Source: the human T2T-CHM13v2.0 reference genome, Homo sapiens
Length of the DNA stretch: 64,000 bases
Assembly: GCF_009914755.1 (NCBI RefSeq)
Contig: NC_060929.1
Direction: 5' to 3' (one strand)
Under the pieces are notes generated by a model, which did not search any database, was not told the DNA's origin, and saw only the letters and a list, made by a program, of their open reading frames with translations. Positions 1 to 12,996 of the stretch are shown in pieces; positions within the stretch are counted from its first letter, which is position 1; every line of letters begins with the position of its first letter. A program made the translations under genes and the position numbers.

Positions 1-345
1 AGAATACAAACACAGTTTTTTCTTGTCAGAAGACACTAATCGTTAAATTACAGGAGGTGGATGGAGACATGTGAGAAATTATCAGAATTTAGTTCTCTAT
101 ACCTGCTTAACTCCATTTGTTCACTTTAATTTACTTTTAATCCCACAGAGCTAAGAACTGAGGACTGTGAGTTATTCAAAAAACCCTCAGATTTAAGAGG
201 AAAGCAGTAACAAGGGGCTAAGATTACAGCATTGAATCTTATTTCCTCAAATGAAGATAGTTCATCTCAAATGTTTAAGGAAAAGAAAACTCCAAATCAG
301 AGCACCTCACTAATACACCCAAAGGCTTCTCTCAAACTGCCCTGT

Positions 346-520
346 AGCGAGGCATGGTGGTTCATTCTTGCAGTCCCAGCTACTTGGGAGGCTGAGGCCG
401 TAGGGTCACCTGAGCCCAGGAGTTCAAGGCTGCAGTGAGCTATAATCCTGCTACTGCACTCCAGCCTGGGTGACAGAGTGAGACCCAGTTTCAAAAAAAC
501 AAAGCAACACAATAAAAAAA
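346..520 (+). mobile_element. Alu right-arm monomer (FRAM/AluJ-like)
   Basis: Right-arm sequence (GTCCCAGCTACTTGGGAGGCTGAGG...CCAGCCTGGGTGACAGAGTGAGAC), A-rich tail, flanked by direct repeat AAACTGCCCTG (334-344, 518-528). Confidence 0.9.
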
Positions 521-1126
521 CTGCCCTGCCCCCTTTGCCAGAGGGAATTACTGAAGGAACCCGACTGCACAGGGGAGTGGTCTAGATTCAAACATACTTC
601 AGTTACTTCAGAACGAACCCCGGTTTAGTCACAGTGGCAGAGGAGAATCTTATATTTCAAGAAACTGAAGATATAATAACTAGATCCAGAAAAAAAAATC
701 CTACAGAATTTCCTAATCATTATTATTTATTTTTAAACAGGGTAGTGAAAAATGATAAAATAAATATTAGTAAACATCAATTAAAGAATATGTGAGAATG
801 GTATTAATTATTGCCTTAGGACAGTCATCCTTTGGTTTTATTAAATTTTATCCCAGTGCAATGCTGGATATAGGGTAAGCCAGAAGGCACCCTGAGGGTC
901 AGTCATCGAATAAGAGTGAGAAAGAGTGGAAACTCTAGTGCCTGAGTCTTTCTGGGAGCACACAGGATTCAGAGAACACAGTCTGCAAGCAACTGATACT
1001 CTGTGAGCAGTGGTGCATATATTTCAGTACAATTCTCATAAAAATAATCACTTAAAAGGATTCCTAATTTAAAAACTCGAAAAACATTAATTTGTGATAT
1101 CTGCAAGAACTCTTGAAAGAAATCAT

Positions 1127-1442
1127 GCGGGGCGCAGTAGCTCACTCCTATAATCCCAGGACTTTGGGAGGCTGAGGCAGGCGGATCACCTGAAGTTGGG
1201 AGTTTGAGACCAGCCTGACCAACATGGAGAAACCCCATCTCTATTAAAAATACAAAAAAAATCAGCCAGGCATGGTGGTGCATGCCCATAATCCCAGTTA
1301 CTCAGGAGGCTGAGGTAGGAGAATTGCTTTGAATCCAGCAGGCAGAGGTTTTGGTGAGCTGATATCAGGCCATTGCACTCCAGACTGGGCAACAAGAGTG
1401 AAACTCTGTCTCAAAAAAAAAAAAAAAAGAAAAGAAAAAAGA
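1127..1442 (+). mobile_element. Alu, AluSp/Sq-like
   Basis: Full dimer with CCTGACCAACATGGAGAAACCCC and GGCAACAAGAGTGAAACTC motifs, poly-A tail. Confidence 0.95.
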
Positions 1443-1691
1443 AATAATGGAAGATTTTCAAAGCTAGGCAAAGAGCTTACACTTTTCGTATAGGCAAGAG
1501 GAAGCTACCTGAGGCTTATGAGTAGGGCAGGTTTCAAGAGCGGAATCTTGGAACCAAGAGAGAACACTAAGGAGGAGGTAAGGAGAACCTGGATGACTCT
1601 GAAAGCCTCAGAAATGGAATGAAAGCTAGTTCAAGACTGAACACTCCCAGGTTTTTCCCACTGCTTGATAACCCCGGGCTTTTAAACATTC

Positions 1692-2566
1692 TTTTTTTTT
1701 TTCTTTTTTTTTTTATACTTTAAGTTCTGGGATACATACATGTGCAGAAGGTGCAGGTTTGTTACATAGGTATACATGTGTCATGATGGTTTGCTGCACC
1801 CATCAACCTGTCATCTACATTAGGTATTTCTCCTAATGCTACACTTCCCCTACCCCCCTACCCCCTGACAGGCACCAGTATGTGATGTTCCCCTTCCTGT
1901 GTCCGTGTGTTCTCACTGTTCAACTCCCACCTATGAGTGAGAACATGAGGTGTTTGGTTTTTTGTTCCTGTGTTAGTTTGCTGAGAATGATGGTTTCCAG
2001 CTTCATCCATGTCCCTGCAAAGGACATGGATTCATCCTTTTTTATGGCTGCATAGTATTCCATGGTGTCTATGTGCCATGTTTTCTTTATCCAGTCTATC
2101 ATTGATGGGCATTTGGGTTGGTTCCAAGTCTTTGCTATTGTGAACAATGCCACGGTAAATATACATGTGCATGTGTCTTTATTGTAGAATGATTTATAAT
2201 CCTTTGGGTATATATCCAGTAATGGGATTGCTGGGTCAAATGGTATTTCTGGTTCTAGATCCTTGAGGAATCGCCACACTGTCTTCCACAATGGTTGAAC
2301 TAATTTACACTCCCACCAACAGTGTAAAGGCATTCCTATTTCTCCACATCCTCTCCGGCATCTGTTGTTTCCTGACTTTTTAATGATCACCATTCTAACT
2401 GGTGTGAGATGGTATCTCGTTGTGGTTTTGATTTGCATTTCTTTAATGACCAGTGATGATGACTTTTTCATATGTTTGTTGGCTGCATAAATGTCTTCTT
2501 TTGAGAAGTGTCTGATCATATCCTTTGTCCAGTTTTTGATGCAGTTGTTTATTTTTTTCTTGTAAA
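1692..2566 (-). mobile_element. L1PA (about L1PA7/8) 3' fragment: ORF2 C-terminus, 3'UTR, poly-A
   Basis: Poly-T then ATACTTTAAGTTCTGGGATACAT; ORF 1920-2606 translates as L1 ORF2p C-terminus ([17 protein letters not shown]...[18 protein letters not shown]...MFSLIGG). Confidence 0.97.
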
Positions 2567-3269
2567 CTGCACCCAGCGGTTTTTTCTTATGTAAACTGCC
2601 AGTCATGGAATCAGTTGATTCCTAGTCTTTTTTAGTATGGCGTATAGTATTATGTAGATAATAAACAGTGGTCAGTTTTTGTTAAGATAGAGACTGTATA
2701 ATCATTTGGTAATTCAGTGTTGTTTATCCAATTTCTAGATTTTTACTGAAAAACTTGTAAACCTGCTTTGAGTTATCAGGGTGCTTTGCTGTACATAAGT
2801 ATATTTTAAAAATAAATTTTCTTTAAAAAAATCATCAATTGACTTAATCCTCTTGCATCTTAAAGGAAAACAGCATTCAATGTTGGATCTGCTCTCCAAA
2901 TTTATGTTACCCATTTATAAGAAACTTCTGAAATTTTCAGTTTGGGGACTCTGGTCTCCAAAGCATGTGGGGGAAGGCTGCTTAAATCACACTATCTCAG
3001 CAATGTCACTTTCAGCCTTCCATTCTCTAAAAACAATGCCAGAGAAGGTGCACTCTGGTTCACTCCTGTTTCCCTATAACTGTTGCATTTTGACAATTTG
3101 CATTTTATTTTGGACCATAGCTACTGTAATTGTAAATTGGTCTACTTTCTTTAATCTGGGAGTAGCAGCAAATCATTTTTAATAGCCCTTAATTCCCCCT
3201 TATAATGAGATATCTGCATTCGACTGACTCAACCATGTACTGCCATAGGCTAGGGTGGATGAATCACAG

Positions 3270-3860
3270 AAAATAGACGGAAGAAACCCATTAGGTAATC
3301 TCACGCAGTCCTCTGCCAGACTCCGGATGATTCCCAACAATAAAACTTCTAGGACCAGTTCAGCATACTTTTAATGTTCCTCCAAGGATGGAACTGCTAA
3401 CCCTCCCACCACAGGCCATCCAGTCATTTGGACAGCCCGCACTCCCGCAGTCGTCTCCCCAAGCTTCCATTTATGCTCTCTTTATCCTCACTGCATCCCA
3501 TTTCACTACAGAGCTCAAGGTCCACCCGGGCTATGTGCACAAACTTTTCTTCTGGTCTGTTTGCAAGCACTCACATACTTAGAGAGTGACCGCCCTGGAT
3601 ATTAAGGGAAAATTGAACTATATATAAAATAACTTCTTATACTTCTTAACCCTTGCCATAAAAATTAGAAAAGGACTCATATCATGGACTCATTCTCAAA
3701 GCCTGCTGTCTTTTATATGCTCTCCAGTTCTTTGTTTGGTCTAATTCTTTTCTTGCTGCATTCCTCTGAACTCTCTCCAGCTGTTCCACATCTGGAGTTG
3801 AGCTCCTCATAGCTGAACACACTATTCTTGGTGTGGTCTTATTTGATGCAGATAAACCCT
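3270..3860 (-). mobile_element. L3/CR1 LINE remnant
   Basis: Degenerate CR1 motifs such as CTGAACACACTATTCTTGGTGTGGTCT and CTGAACTCTCTCCAG; highly diverged. Confidence 0.45.
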
Positions 3861-4798
3861 GGCTCTCAGTTTCCCTTCATCTCTCTTATCCTGCTTGCTT
3901 TTCCCTTTCTTTTGCTTTTTCCTTTGCTTTCAATCTATAAGCTCTGTTTTTGACATTATGTTCTGGAGAGTTACTCAATTCAGTTCCACGGGCTTGAGAA
4001 TAATGGTAATGAAAAAAACCTCTTTTGAGGCCCCAACGCCTATTTAGTTGATAGAGTGATGCCTTTTAGGATTTCCATTTCCCACTGCTCTACAATTAAC
4101 ATCATCATCAACAATAACCACCTCCATCTTTTTTCAAGGTCAATGTATTACCTGGTAATAACTATTATTTACCATAATAATTTCATTTCCAGCCAAATAC
4201 ATTATTTTACTTACCATCTATTTATTTTCCCCTTGTGTTAATTTATATTTTTTTCTTTGCTAAGGTTAGATTATTCTGCCTTCAATTTACTGAGAAAACC
4301 CTTATTTATACATTCAGCCCAACTTCCCCACTTATTTCTTCATTTTCAAAGTGATTCCTGCAATCTTTGTAGGATTCAGAACTGAAAAGGACTGAACCTG
4401 TAGCTAGGCCACTTCCTTTGACCTTCAATTATGGCTGTTTATCCTGCCAATTTACCCTCACATATGTAAAATCCAGCTTCATTTATAGCAGGACCTAATT
4501 AAGGGGGTCACTTTTTAAATATTGAACTTTCTACTTATCTATGTAAAAAGCTCACTATCTAAATTATTGTCAAGAATGGAACAACTACATAGCCAGATTC
4601 TAGCCCATGTGTTTACATAGAGGGTGAGTACATGCAAATGTTGTACTCACAATACCAAGGGTGCTCCCAATTCTACATAATCAACCTTTTCCACCACTCC
4701 CCTCCTCCAAGAACAGCAGGTCTTTCTTCCCACATCCTCACTCCCTCTGCTCACACTCTCACACTCCTCCCCCTATCTCCTATTAGGTTGGGCTCAGA

Positions 4799-5302
4799 TT
4801 TTTTAAAAAAACTGTGGTAAAATACACAACATAAAATTTACCATCTTAACCATTTTTAAGTGTACAGTTCAGCGCTATTAAATACATTCATAATGTTGTG
4901 CAACCATCACCACCATCCATCGCCATTACTCTTTTCATCTTTTAAAACTGAAACTCTTATGCATAAAACAGTAATTCCTCATTTATTTCTCTCCCCAAAC
5001 CCTGGCAACCACCATTATCCTTTCTGTCTCTGTGATTTTGACTACTCTGCATACTTGATTTAAGAGAATCACAAGGTATTTCTCTTTTAATGACTGCCTT
5101 ATTTCATTTAGCGTAATGTCCTCAGAATTCATCCATGTTGTGGCATATGTCAGAATTCCCTTCCTTTTTAAGGCTTAATAACATTCCACTGCATGTGTAT
5201 ATATAGTACATTTGCTTATCTATTCATCCGCTGATGGATACTTGGGTTGCCTCTACGTTTTAGCTACAGTGAATAATGCTGCTACAAACATGGGTATACA
5301 AC
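4799..5302 (-). mobile_element. L1MB-type 3' end
   Basis: TGTGGTAAAATACACAACATAAAATTTACCATCTTAACCATTTTTAAGTGTACAGTTCAG...GTGAATAATGCTGCT, typical L1MB 3'UTR. Confidence 0.88.
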
Positions 5303-5974
5303 AGATCATTCTTTTTTATGGTATTTTCAAATACACACAAAAGTAGAGCAACCGACAAAATTAACCCCCGTATACTCAACTTTAACATCCCCAAATCTAA
5401 AGGTCCCCAGATTTGACTTTCTCGTTTTCAGACACTCAAAAGACAGCCTTCACTGCCTGATGTCTCTCTGTAGGAATTTTTCGGTGGGGCTTGGGGATGA
5501 CACCCAGTGTCACTAGTCTTTGAATCTGATCACCACTAATTCCCTGTAACCACAGAGCTAAGAGAACACATGTCCACATCCAATTAGTCAGTGTTTTATT
5601 TTTCCTCTCCTCTCATTTACAATTCTGCCAGAAGTTCTAAATAAAAGAATAGAGTACCTATCTACCTTCTTTCGGCCCTGACTCTCAAACATATAGTTTA
5701 CCCTGAATGTTATGTTTCTGCCTATGTTCTGTCATTCTTTCAAGTGATCATGACTTCAACTTTCAAATGGTTTCAGGCAAGATTTTAGAACAAACAATAT
5801 ACTGCTAGAGAGAAAATAAAAACCAGCAAAAATAAGCCAAAAAGGCAATTGATAATTATTTTGGGAGAAATAATTTATTTTTCAATTTTGACCATCTTTT
5901 GTTATTTTGCTTTTCATCAGCACTTCTAACAGAGCTAAGAGTTCAGATCAGATGCCTCTAATTTTAATGTGAGC

Positions 5975-6123
5975 TAAAATCTGTGTTAAAATGTAGACTG
6001 CCAGCCTCCACTCCAGACATCTGATTACACTGGTCTAGGGTACAGCCTAGGAATCTGCATTTTATCAAACACTCCAGAGGGTTCCAATGCAGGTGGTCTC
6101 TGGCTATGCTTTGGCAAACACTG
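5975..6123. mobile_element. MER5-type hAT-Charlie MITE
   Basis: GCCTAGGAATCTGCATTTTATCAAACACTCCAG...GCTTTGGCAAACACTG. Confidence 0.7.
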
Positions 6124-6237
6124 AAGAATCAGATGAGGAACACGGAATTGCTATAATAATTCTGAAGAGAAAGTAATTTTTTAACTTGGGGTAATGGGAC
6201 AGCTTCACAGAGACAGAGTTTGAACTTTGTAGTTTTC

Positions 6238-6700
6238 GTTCATTCAGTCACTGAAAAGAAATTATTAGGCATCTGCTATGTATCACATTCTGTACTGGAG
6301 CTACAATAGTGAAGAAGCCTGACAGAGTCCTTTGCCAATGAGGCTGAGAGTCTACAAGAGCAGGATTTTGGGAGCAAACAGAGGAACCGTCATAAACAAA
6401 GAGGGGATGGGATTAAGGAATATCCAGTACAATGTTGGGCAATGTGGAGAACACAAAAGAAATATATATACATTTAAATCTAAGACTAGAAGGGGTAGGG
6501 TGGTACAAAAGAAGTTAGTACAGCTGGAATGGCCAAGTCTTCAATGACAGAGACTGAGGATGGAAACTGGGCAGTGGAGATGGCTGAAGGGAAGTCAGCA
6601 GTTATCCCAAGGGCAGTAGAAAGCCCTCCATGGTGTCTAGGCAGGAACATGATATAATTTCAAGACATGGCTCAAGAGGCCCAAGTTATGTTTTGAAAAG
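6238..6700 (-). mobile_element. L2 remnant
   Basis: TTCATTCAGTCA...ATTATTAGGCATCTGCTATGTATCACATTCTGTACTGG followed by purine-rich L2-like sequence; right boundary uncertain. Confidence 0.55.
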
Positions 6701-6833
6701 GTCATCTTTTTCCTAGAAGGTACATTAACAATGAAGTATACTAGAGATTTTGTGTAAATGTAGAAATGAATATTGAACTGCTTCCAGAACTATGTAGCCA
6801 GGCTGACAAACTTTTAATTAAGTCCATCTGGCC

Positions 6834-6853
6834 GGGGGTGGGGTGGGGAGGGG
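6834..6853 (+). other. G-quadruplex-forming motif G5-T-G4-T-G4-A-G4
   Basis: GGGGGTGGGGTGGGGAGGGG read directly. Confidence 0.7.
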
Positions 6854-7184
6854 TGTCTTGTATTCATTTTCTCTTCATCTAGATCTAGCCTCGTCCTTCC
6901 ACATAATTTGCAGAAAAGGCTCACACATGCATGCGCACAGGCCCAATCCTTTTAAGCTTTTAATTGGGCTTCCATCCACAAACCCCTTTCACTTTTTTTT
7001 TTTTTTGAGAACCAACTCACACATTCTGAATTATTTTGAGTATCTTATCATCTTTAAAGAGAGTGAGAAAGAGAGATTACAGATTTTGTGGTTAATGATT
7101 CTTTAAAGAAGAAGGGAAGCTCAAGTCAAGTTTCTTTCCATTTAGAATAGAGCTTTGGGTCCTTTCAGAAATTAACTTCTCTGA

Positions 7185-7850
<666 letters not shown>

Positions 7851-7889
7851 GCTTTTCTGAGATAAGATCTTTTCAACTTTATAGTTGAA

Positions 7890-8005
7890 AAAAACTACAT
7901 GGACAATAGCCCCCACTTAAGTTATTAGAAGAATCAGGTGAGTTGAGTTACAAGTTGCTTTATTATAGTTCTTGACGCATAACAGCTGCTCATTAAATGT
8001 TAGCT
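7890..8005 (+). mobile_element. MIR 3' remnant
   Basis: ATAGTTCTTGACGCATAACAGCTGCTCATTAAATGTTAGC resembles MIR 3' end. Confidence 0.5.
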
Positions 8006-8469
8006 TCTAAAGGGTTAAGAATACACATCATTAGGAACAGGATAAAAAAGAATGAGTTGACATTTAATATTTATAGGGTATTGAATCAAGTATTGAATCA
8101 AGATCTTTAATTTATTACTGAATACATTTTGCGTGCCTAAAATGACCAGGATACTCTCCAAAAGACAATTTTACAGCATACTGTTTATCTGAATTTTAAT
8201 GGTAGACTGTAGCAAGAACATGAAGTAGGTCAGTTGAAGAAGATAAGCCTGTAAGGATATAAAGGATGAGAGAAAACCTCAATACAAGTCCAGAGGTGCT
8301 GCCGACAGATGAGTTCCCTAGAATTCTAAGTACTACCAAGCATAATGGTTAGTGTATCAACTTTGGGGAGGAGTGGTGAATTTCTGAAAAGCTGCAATCA
8401 GCTGAGATAAATATGGAACATCTATTGAGCATATTTCAAGGTTATTCAGAGGCATCAAGAACTGAACAC

Positions 8470-8780
8470 CAGGTGACCTTGGGCAAGTTATGTGTCTCTG
8501 AGTTTTGGTTTCCTTATCTGCAAGGCGGATGGGCTAGATAACCTCTAAATGGTTCTTGCAGATATAACAGGATTTGGGGAGGAGAATGGATAATTGAAAG
8601 AGTCCAGACTATGCAGTCAGTCAGACTTGGGCTGGAATTCTGCTTCTACCACCCACCAGGCAAAGTACTTAACATCCTTGGGTCCCATTTTCTCCTCTGT
8701 AAAATGGAGAAAATAAAATATACATTGTATAGCTATTGAAGGATAAAAAATAACATTTCAAAATTATCTGGCATTTATTA
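8470..8780 (+). mobile_element. MIR remnants (two pieces)
   Basis: GTGACCTTGGGCAAGTTA...GTTTCCTTATCTGCAA and ACTTAACATCCTTGGGTCCCATTTTCTCCTCTGTAAAATGG core motifs. Confidence 0.7.
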
Positions 8781-9091
8781 ATAATAGACAACTAAATTAA
8801 GGGAACACTCATGTTATTCTATGATCGTGTGTTAAATGCACCTATGGCCAAATTTAAAGTCTAGTTATCACCTTAAAGTCTAGTTATCCGGTAACTGACT
8901 AAACAGTGATTCTTCAAATTTCAAAAACATTCCTCGCTTTACAAAAAAGATTCATCTCAGGCTCCTCTTAAAATGTGAGTCAATAATCACCCTGAGCATG
9001 AGATAGACTTCTAGGATATTTAGATATATCTACCCACTGTTGAATATGAAGTGTGATATCTTCATTCTCAACAAACCCTTACCAGGGAGGG

Positions 9092-9125
9092 GTGTGTGTG
9101 TGTGTGTGTGTGTATGGGTGTGTGT
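9092..9125. repeat. (TG)n microsatellite, interrupted
   Basis: Read directly. Confidence 0.9.
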
Positions 9126-9464
9126 ATCCCCTTGTTTGTAAAGCTCAATGCTAAGTGAGGTTTATAAAGTTCTGCGAGGTTTGATTCTCTGCTCTTGAGA
9201 AACTGACGATAACTTTTCTCTGTAGGAAGACAGGTACACAATGCCAAAGAACCAAAAGCCTTATTTTGAAAAGAAAAATGAGAGCGACTCCTTCCACAGA
9301 ATAGTGTGAATTAATTAGTGTTTATAAAGAATTTTGATGTGCTTATGCAAAAGGCACTTTGAATGTAAACAGTTTTAAGGGCACTTTGTTGTGTAAGACT
9401 AGATTAAGAACAGGGCAGTAATTAGCACGTTGGGAGGCAAGAAAAAGTTTTAAAGAAAGCACAA

Positions 9465-9758
9465 GGCTGGGCACTGTGGCTCACACCTGTAATTCCAGCG
9501 CTTTGGGAGGCTGAGGCGAGAGGATCACTTGAGTCTGGGAGTTCAAAACCAGCCTGGGAAATGCAGTGAAACCCATTGAAAAATTTAAAAATTTGCTGGG
9601 CATGGTGGCACACGCCTGTGGTCCCAGCTACTTGAGAGGCTGAGGCAGCAGGATCGCTCAAGCCCAGGTCGTCTATAGTGAGCTAGGATCACTATAGTGA
9701 GCCAGGCTGCACTCCAGCCTGGGCAGCAGGGCCAGGCCCTGTCTCTAAAAAAAAAAAT
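9465..9758 (+). mobile_element. AluJ with small internal rearrangement
   Basis: GAGGATCACTTGAG and GGATCGCTCAAGCCCAGG; CTATAGTGAGC duplicated in right arm; poly-A tail. Confidence 0.9.
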
Positions 9759-10772
9759 AGTTAAAAAAAACACATCATATTGCTACAAAGACAATATGTA
9801 AAACCCACTGCAATTGTTACATAAAAGAATGCTCCTAGAGTAGATTTTGTGCAGATGATAAGCCAGGTAAAATCTGGAAATACAATTTCTTCTTTTTAGT
9901 TCAGGGAAAGCCAGGTTCCTCAGTATAAGTAAATCTTAAATAAGTTTTTAAAAATACCAAATCAATTTAAAGTGCTAACAGCCTTACCAGGATGTAAATT
10001 CTTAAACAATTAGCTTCATTCCCAACAGGATCAAACACAAGCACACAGCCAAGACAGTTTAGCTCCTAAGCTTGGTGCGTTCAAAGAGAATCTTGACTTG
10101 AGCTGAGTGTGATCTCCAGATGCAATACAACCCTTCTACACACAGATCCATGGGAAAGCATTTTCTGGAAACAGATGCACCTTGTTTAAAACCAAAGTTG
10201 TGTTTCTGAAGAAAGCTGGGTACAAATAGAATTTTTAAAAATTGAATCATATTTTAAATGCCCTGGGGATGCTCATATCACAGGGAACCCTCTTATGAAT
10301 GATTCTGCAAGAGAAGAATTATTTTATGAATTGAAAAAGCACCTCTAATTTATTTGCTGCACTGATTTTTTGAATTTTGTTTTCAAAATTCAAAAAAATT
10401 TTGAAATTATGTGCTAATTATGTGCTTGCCTTTTGTGGCTTATTCCGAATATCTTAACAAAGAAACACTATTTTTTTTTCTCTTTGAATGTTTGATTTTG
10501 AAATATTTGCTTTTAATATAGTCTTTTCATATAGTCTAATTCCTCTCACTCCCTACCCCCACCCCATGGGTATAATTCCATTTTTGAAGTGGAAGCCAAT
10601 GAGATAACTGAATTGAATGTACTGGAACTTATTTTATGGTCAAATTTTAGGAACGCATCTGTTATACTTGGTAGGGAATATAGATTCTATTAGATCTAAA
10701 CAGAATGAAAGGGAGCCGGGGCATGGTGTCTCTATTTGCTGTTGAACAGCTGATATAAAAGGAATTGAAGCA

Positions 10773-11077
<305 letters not shown>

Positions 11078-11238
11078 GGGGGCGGGGGGGAATTGAAGCA
11101 ATGAGTGTAAACACCTTGGCTCTGTAGCTGACCCTATCAGGTGGGGAAGAACAGAGCAAGATCAGAAGTATGCTTCTATTCACAAAATCTTCTATAGACA
11201 TGTTTGATTCAACTCCAAGACACCAAGTTAACTTTCAG

Positions 11239-11816
11239 CAGAGGTTCCCAAATTTTCTTGATTCATGAATCTCCCACGTAGCGGGAGAGTGATTAATCTC
11301 CCACTATGGTGGTGTCTTTAGGCCAAAAGAAATACCTAACAGTTAATTTATTAAGTACCTACGTTCAAACAACTACTAAGGAGCTGTCCTAATAACTTGG
11401 TAGCAGTTTGAAAAAAATAATACTTATAAATTGAAAGAAAAAAGGTATATTTTTATTTCATTCTTAACCACAACTACTTACTAAAGTATGCGTACACCTT
11501 TCGGGTATGCACAACTTCTCAAATCTTGGAATCATATTGGATAGAGTTGCCTTCATTTCCCATACCAAATTGTTGCCATGCAGTACTTGCTTTGTATCAA
11601 GTTAACCTCCAAAAACCCAACCTTAGAAAGATATGACATCGTCAAAAGGAATGTAGCGCCATCTAATGTTGAAGCTGTGAACTACCTCAATCTAGTAATG
11701 CACTGGGTACTTGACAGATACCAAACATTGCTGTGTTTTCCTCTAAAATTTAAAACATCCCCTATGAGTTGACTGTGGTACCCTTGGGTGCCCTGGTATA
11801 CAGTTTGGGAACTACA
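11239..11816 (+). mobile_element. MER119-like hAT-Charlie DNA transposon, near full length
   Basis: Terminal inverted repeats CAGAGGTTCCCAAA...TTTGGGAACTAC; internal GGCCAAAAGAAATACCTAACAG and AAGGAATGTAGCGCCATCTAATGTTGAA match remembered consensus. Confidence 0.8.
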
Positions 11817-12292
11817 AGTTTAAATAAAGACAAGTAGACTTTCCATTTTCCTGAATGACTGAACAATGTCATAACACTTCAATACCTGCTCAGTATACAT
11901 ATAACACACACAGAGGAAATCTATACTTGCTTCTACACACATCTTATACCTAGTTAAAAGCACTGTCATTCCAGGTTAGGTTACAATTTTAAAGGCAATA
12001 CTTTTATGGCAGTACCTACCCAAATGCATTTTTAAACTGTATTCCATTAAATTTCACCTTTGCTTTCACAATTTTGTATCTGGCATGTGATTCCATTTAG
12101 GTTATACTAGGAAAAAACATTTTTATTTTCTCAAATAACTAACGTTTTGTGTTGTAATAAAACCTAATGTCTAGTACCAACAATGTCATGGACTCTACCA
12201 TGTTAGATGCCCATCCATCTCAAATGTGTAAGATATCACATATTTAGGCACAATGGCTGTACAGTATTGGTACATTGCATGAAAAGGTCACA

Positions 12293-12571
12293 GGCCAGCC
12301 ACAGTGGCTCACGCCTGTAATCTCAGCACTTTGGGAGGCCGAGGTGGGTCGGGAGTTTGAGACCAGCCAGACCAACATGGAGAAACCCTGTCTCTACTAA
12401 AAATATAAAATTAGCTGGGCGTAGTGGCGCATGCCTGTAATCCCAGCTACTCAGGAGGCTGAGGCAGAAGAATCGCTTGAACCCGGGAGGTGGAAGTTGC
12501 TGTGAGCCAAGATGGCGCCATTGCACTCTGGCCCGGGCAACAAGAGTAAAACTCCTTCTCAAAAAAAAAAA
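12293..12571 (+). mobile_element. AluSp-like with small left-arm deletion
   Basis: ACCAACATGGAGAAACCC; GATCACCTGAG segment missing; poly-A tail. Confidence 0.93.
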
Positions 12572-12841
12572 GAAGTTAAAAAATGTGGCCATTTCTTTGT
12601 GGAAAAAAAGATATTAAAAGCACTAATTTAGGATGATGTTAAGTAGAAATGTGTCATTTCACCTGATACACATTTTCGTCTAGGAAACACAGTGCAGATT
12701 GTTAATGATAGAATAATCCCACTCCTAGTCGTTAGCCTTGGAACCAAACTGTTAACTCTCTTCTTTCCTTTGAGCATAGCCTATTTATTTCTATTTGCTG
12801 TTGAGGATAAACCACTGATTGAGTCATAGAATGCAGTTTTG

Positions 12842-12996
12842 GGCTGGGCATGGTAGCTCGTGCCTGTAATCCTAGCCTTTGTGAGGCTGAGGCAGGAAGA
12901 TCCCTTGGGCCCAGGGTTCAAGACCAGCCTGGGCAACATAGGAGACCCTGTCTCTAAAAAATAAAGAAGGAATGATGAAGATAATGATGATGATGA
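12842..12996 (+). mobile_element. FLAM (left Alu monomer) with tail decayed to (GAT)n
   Basis: Left arm only ending GAGACCCTGTCTCTAAAAA; CAGTTTTG on both flanks. Confidence 0.85.

Noticed and set aside
2853-3182. 109-aa ORF with hydrophobic C-terminus
   Set aside because: Non-ATG start; hydrophobicity follows from T-rich DNA
8078-8888. Short tandem duplications (GTATTGAATCAA x2 at 8078; TTAAAGTCTAGTTATC x2 at 8854 and 8873)
   Set aside because: Ordinary slippage duplications; no repeat-spacer array, not CRISPR-like
9988-10205. Minus-strand acceptor/donor pair (TTTCTTCAG ... CTG/GTAAGG)
   Set aside because: No recognisable coding potential; such pseudo-exons are abundant in intronic DNA
11268-11304. 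AATCTCCCAC duplication with 6-bp hairpin inside MER119
   Set aside because: Minor local rearrangement in an old transposon
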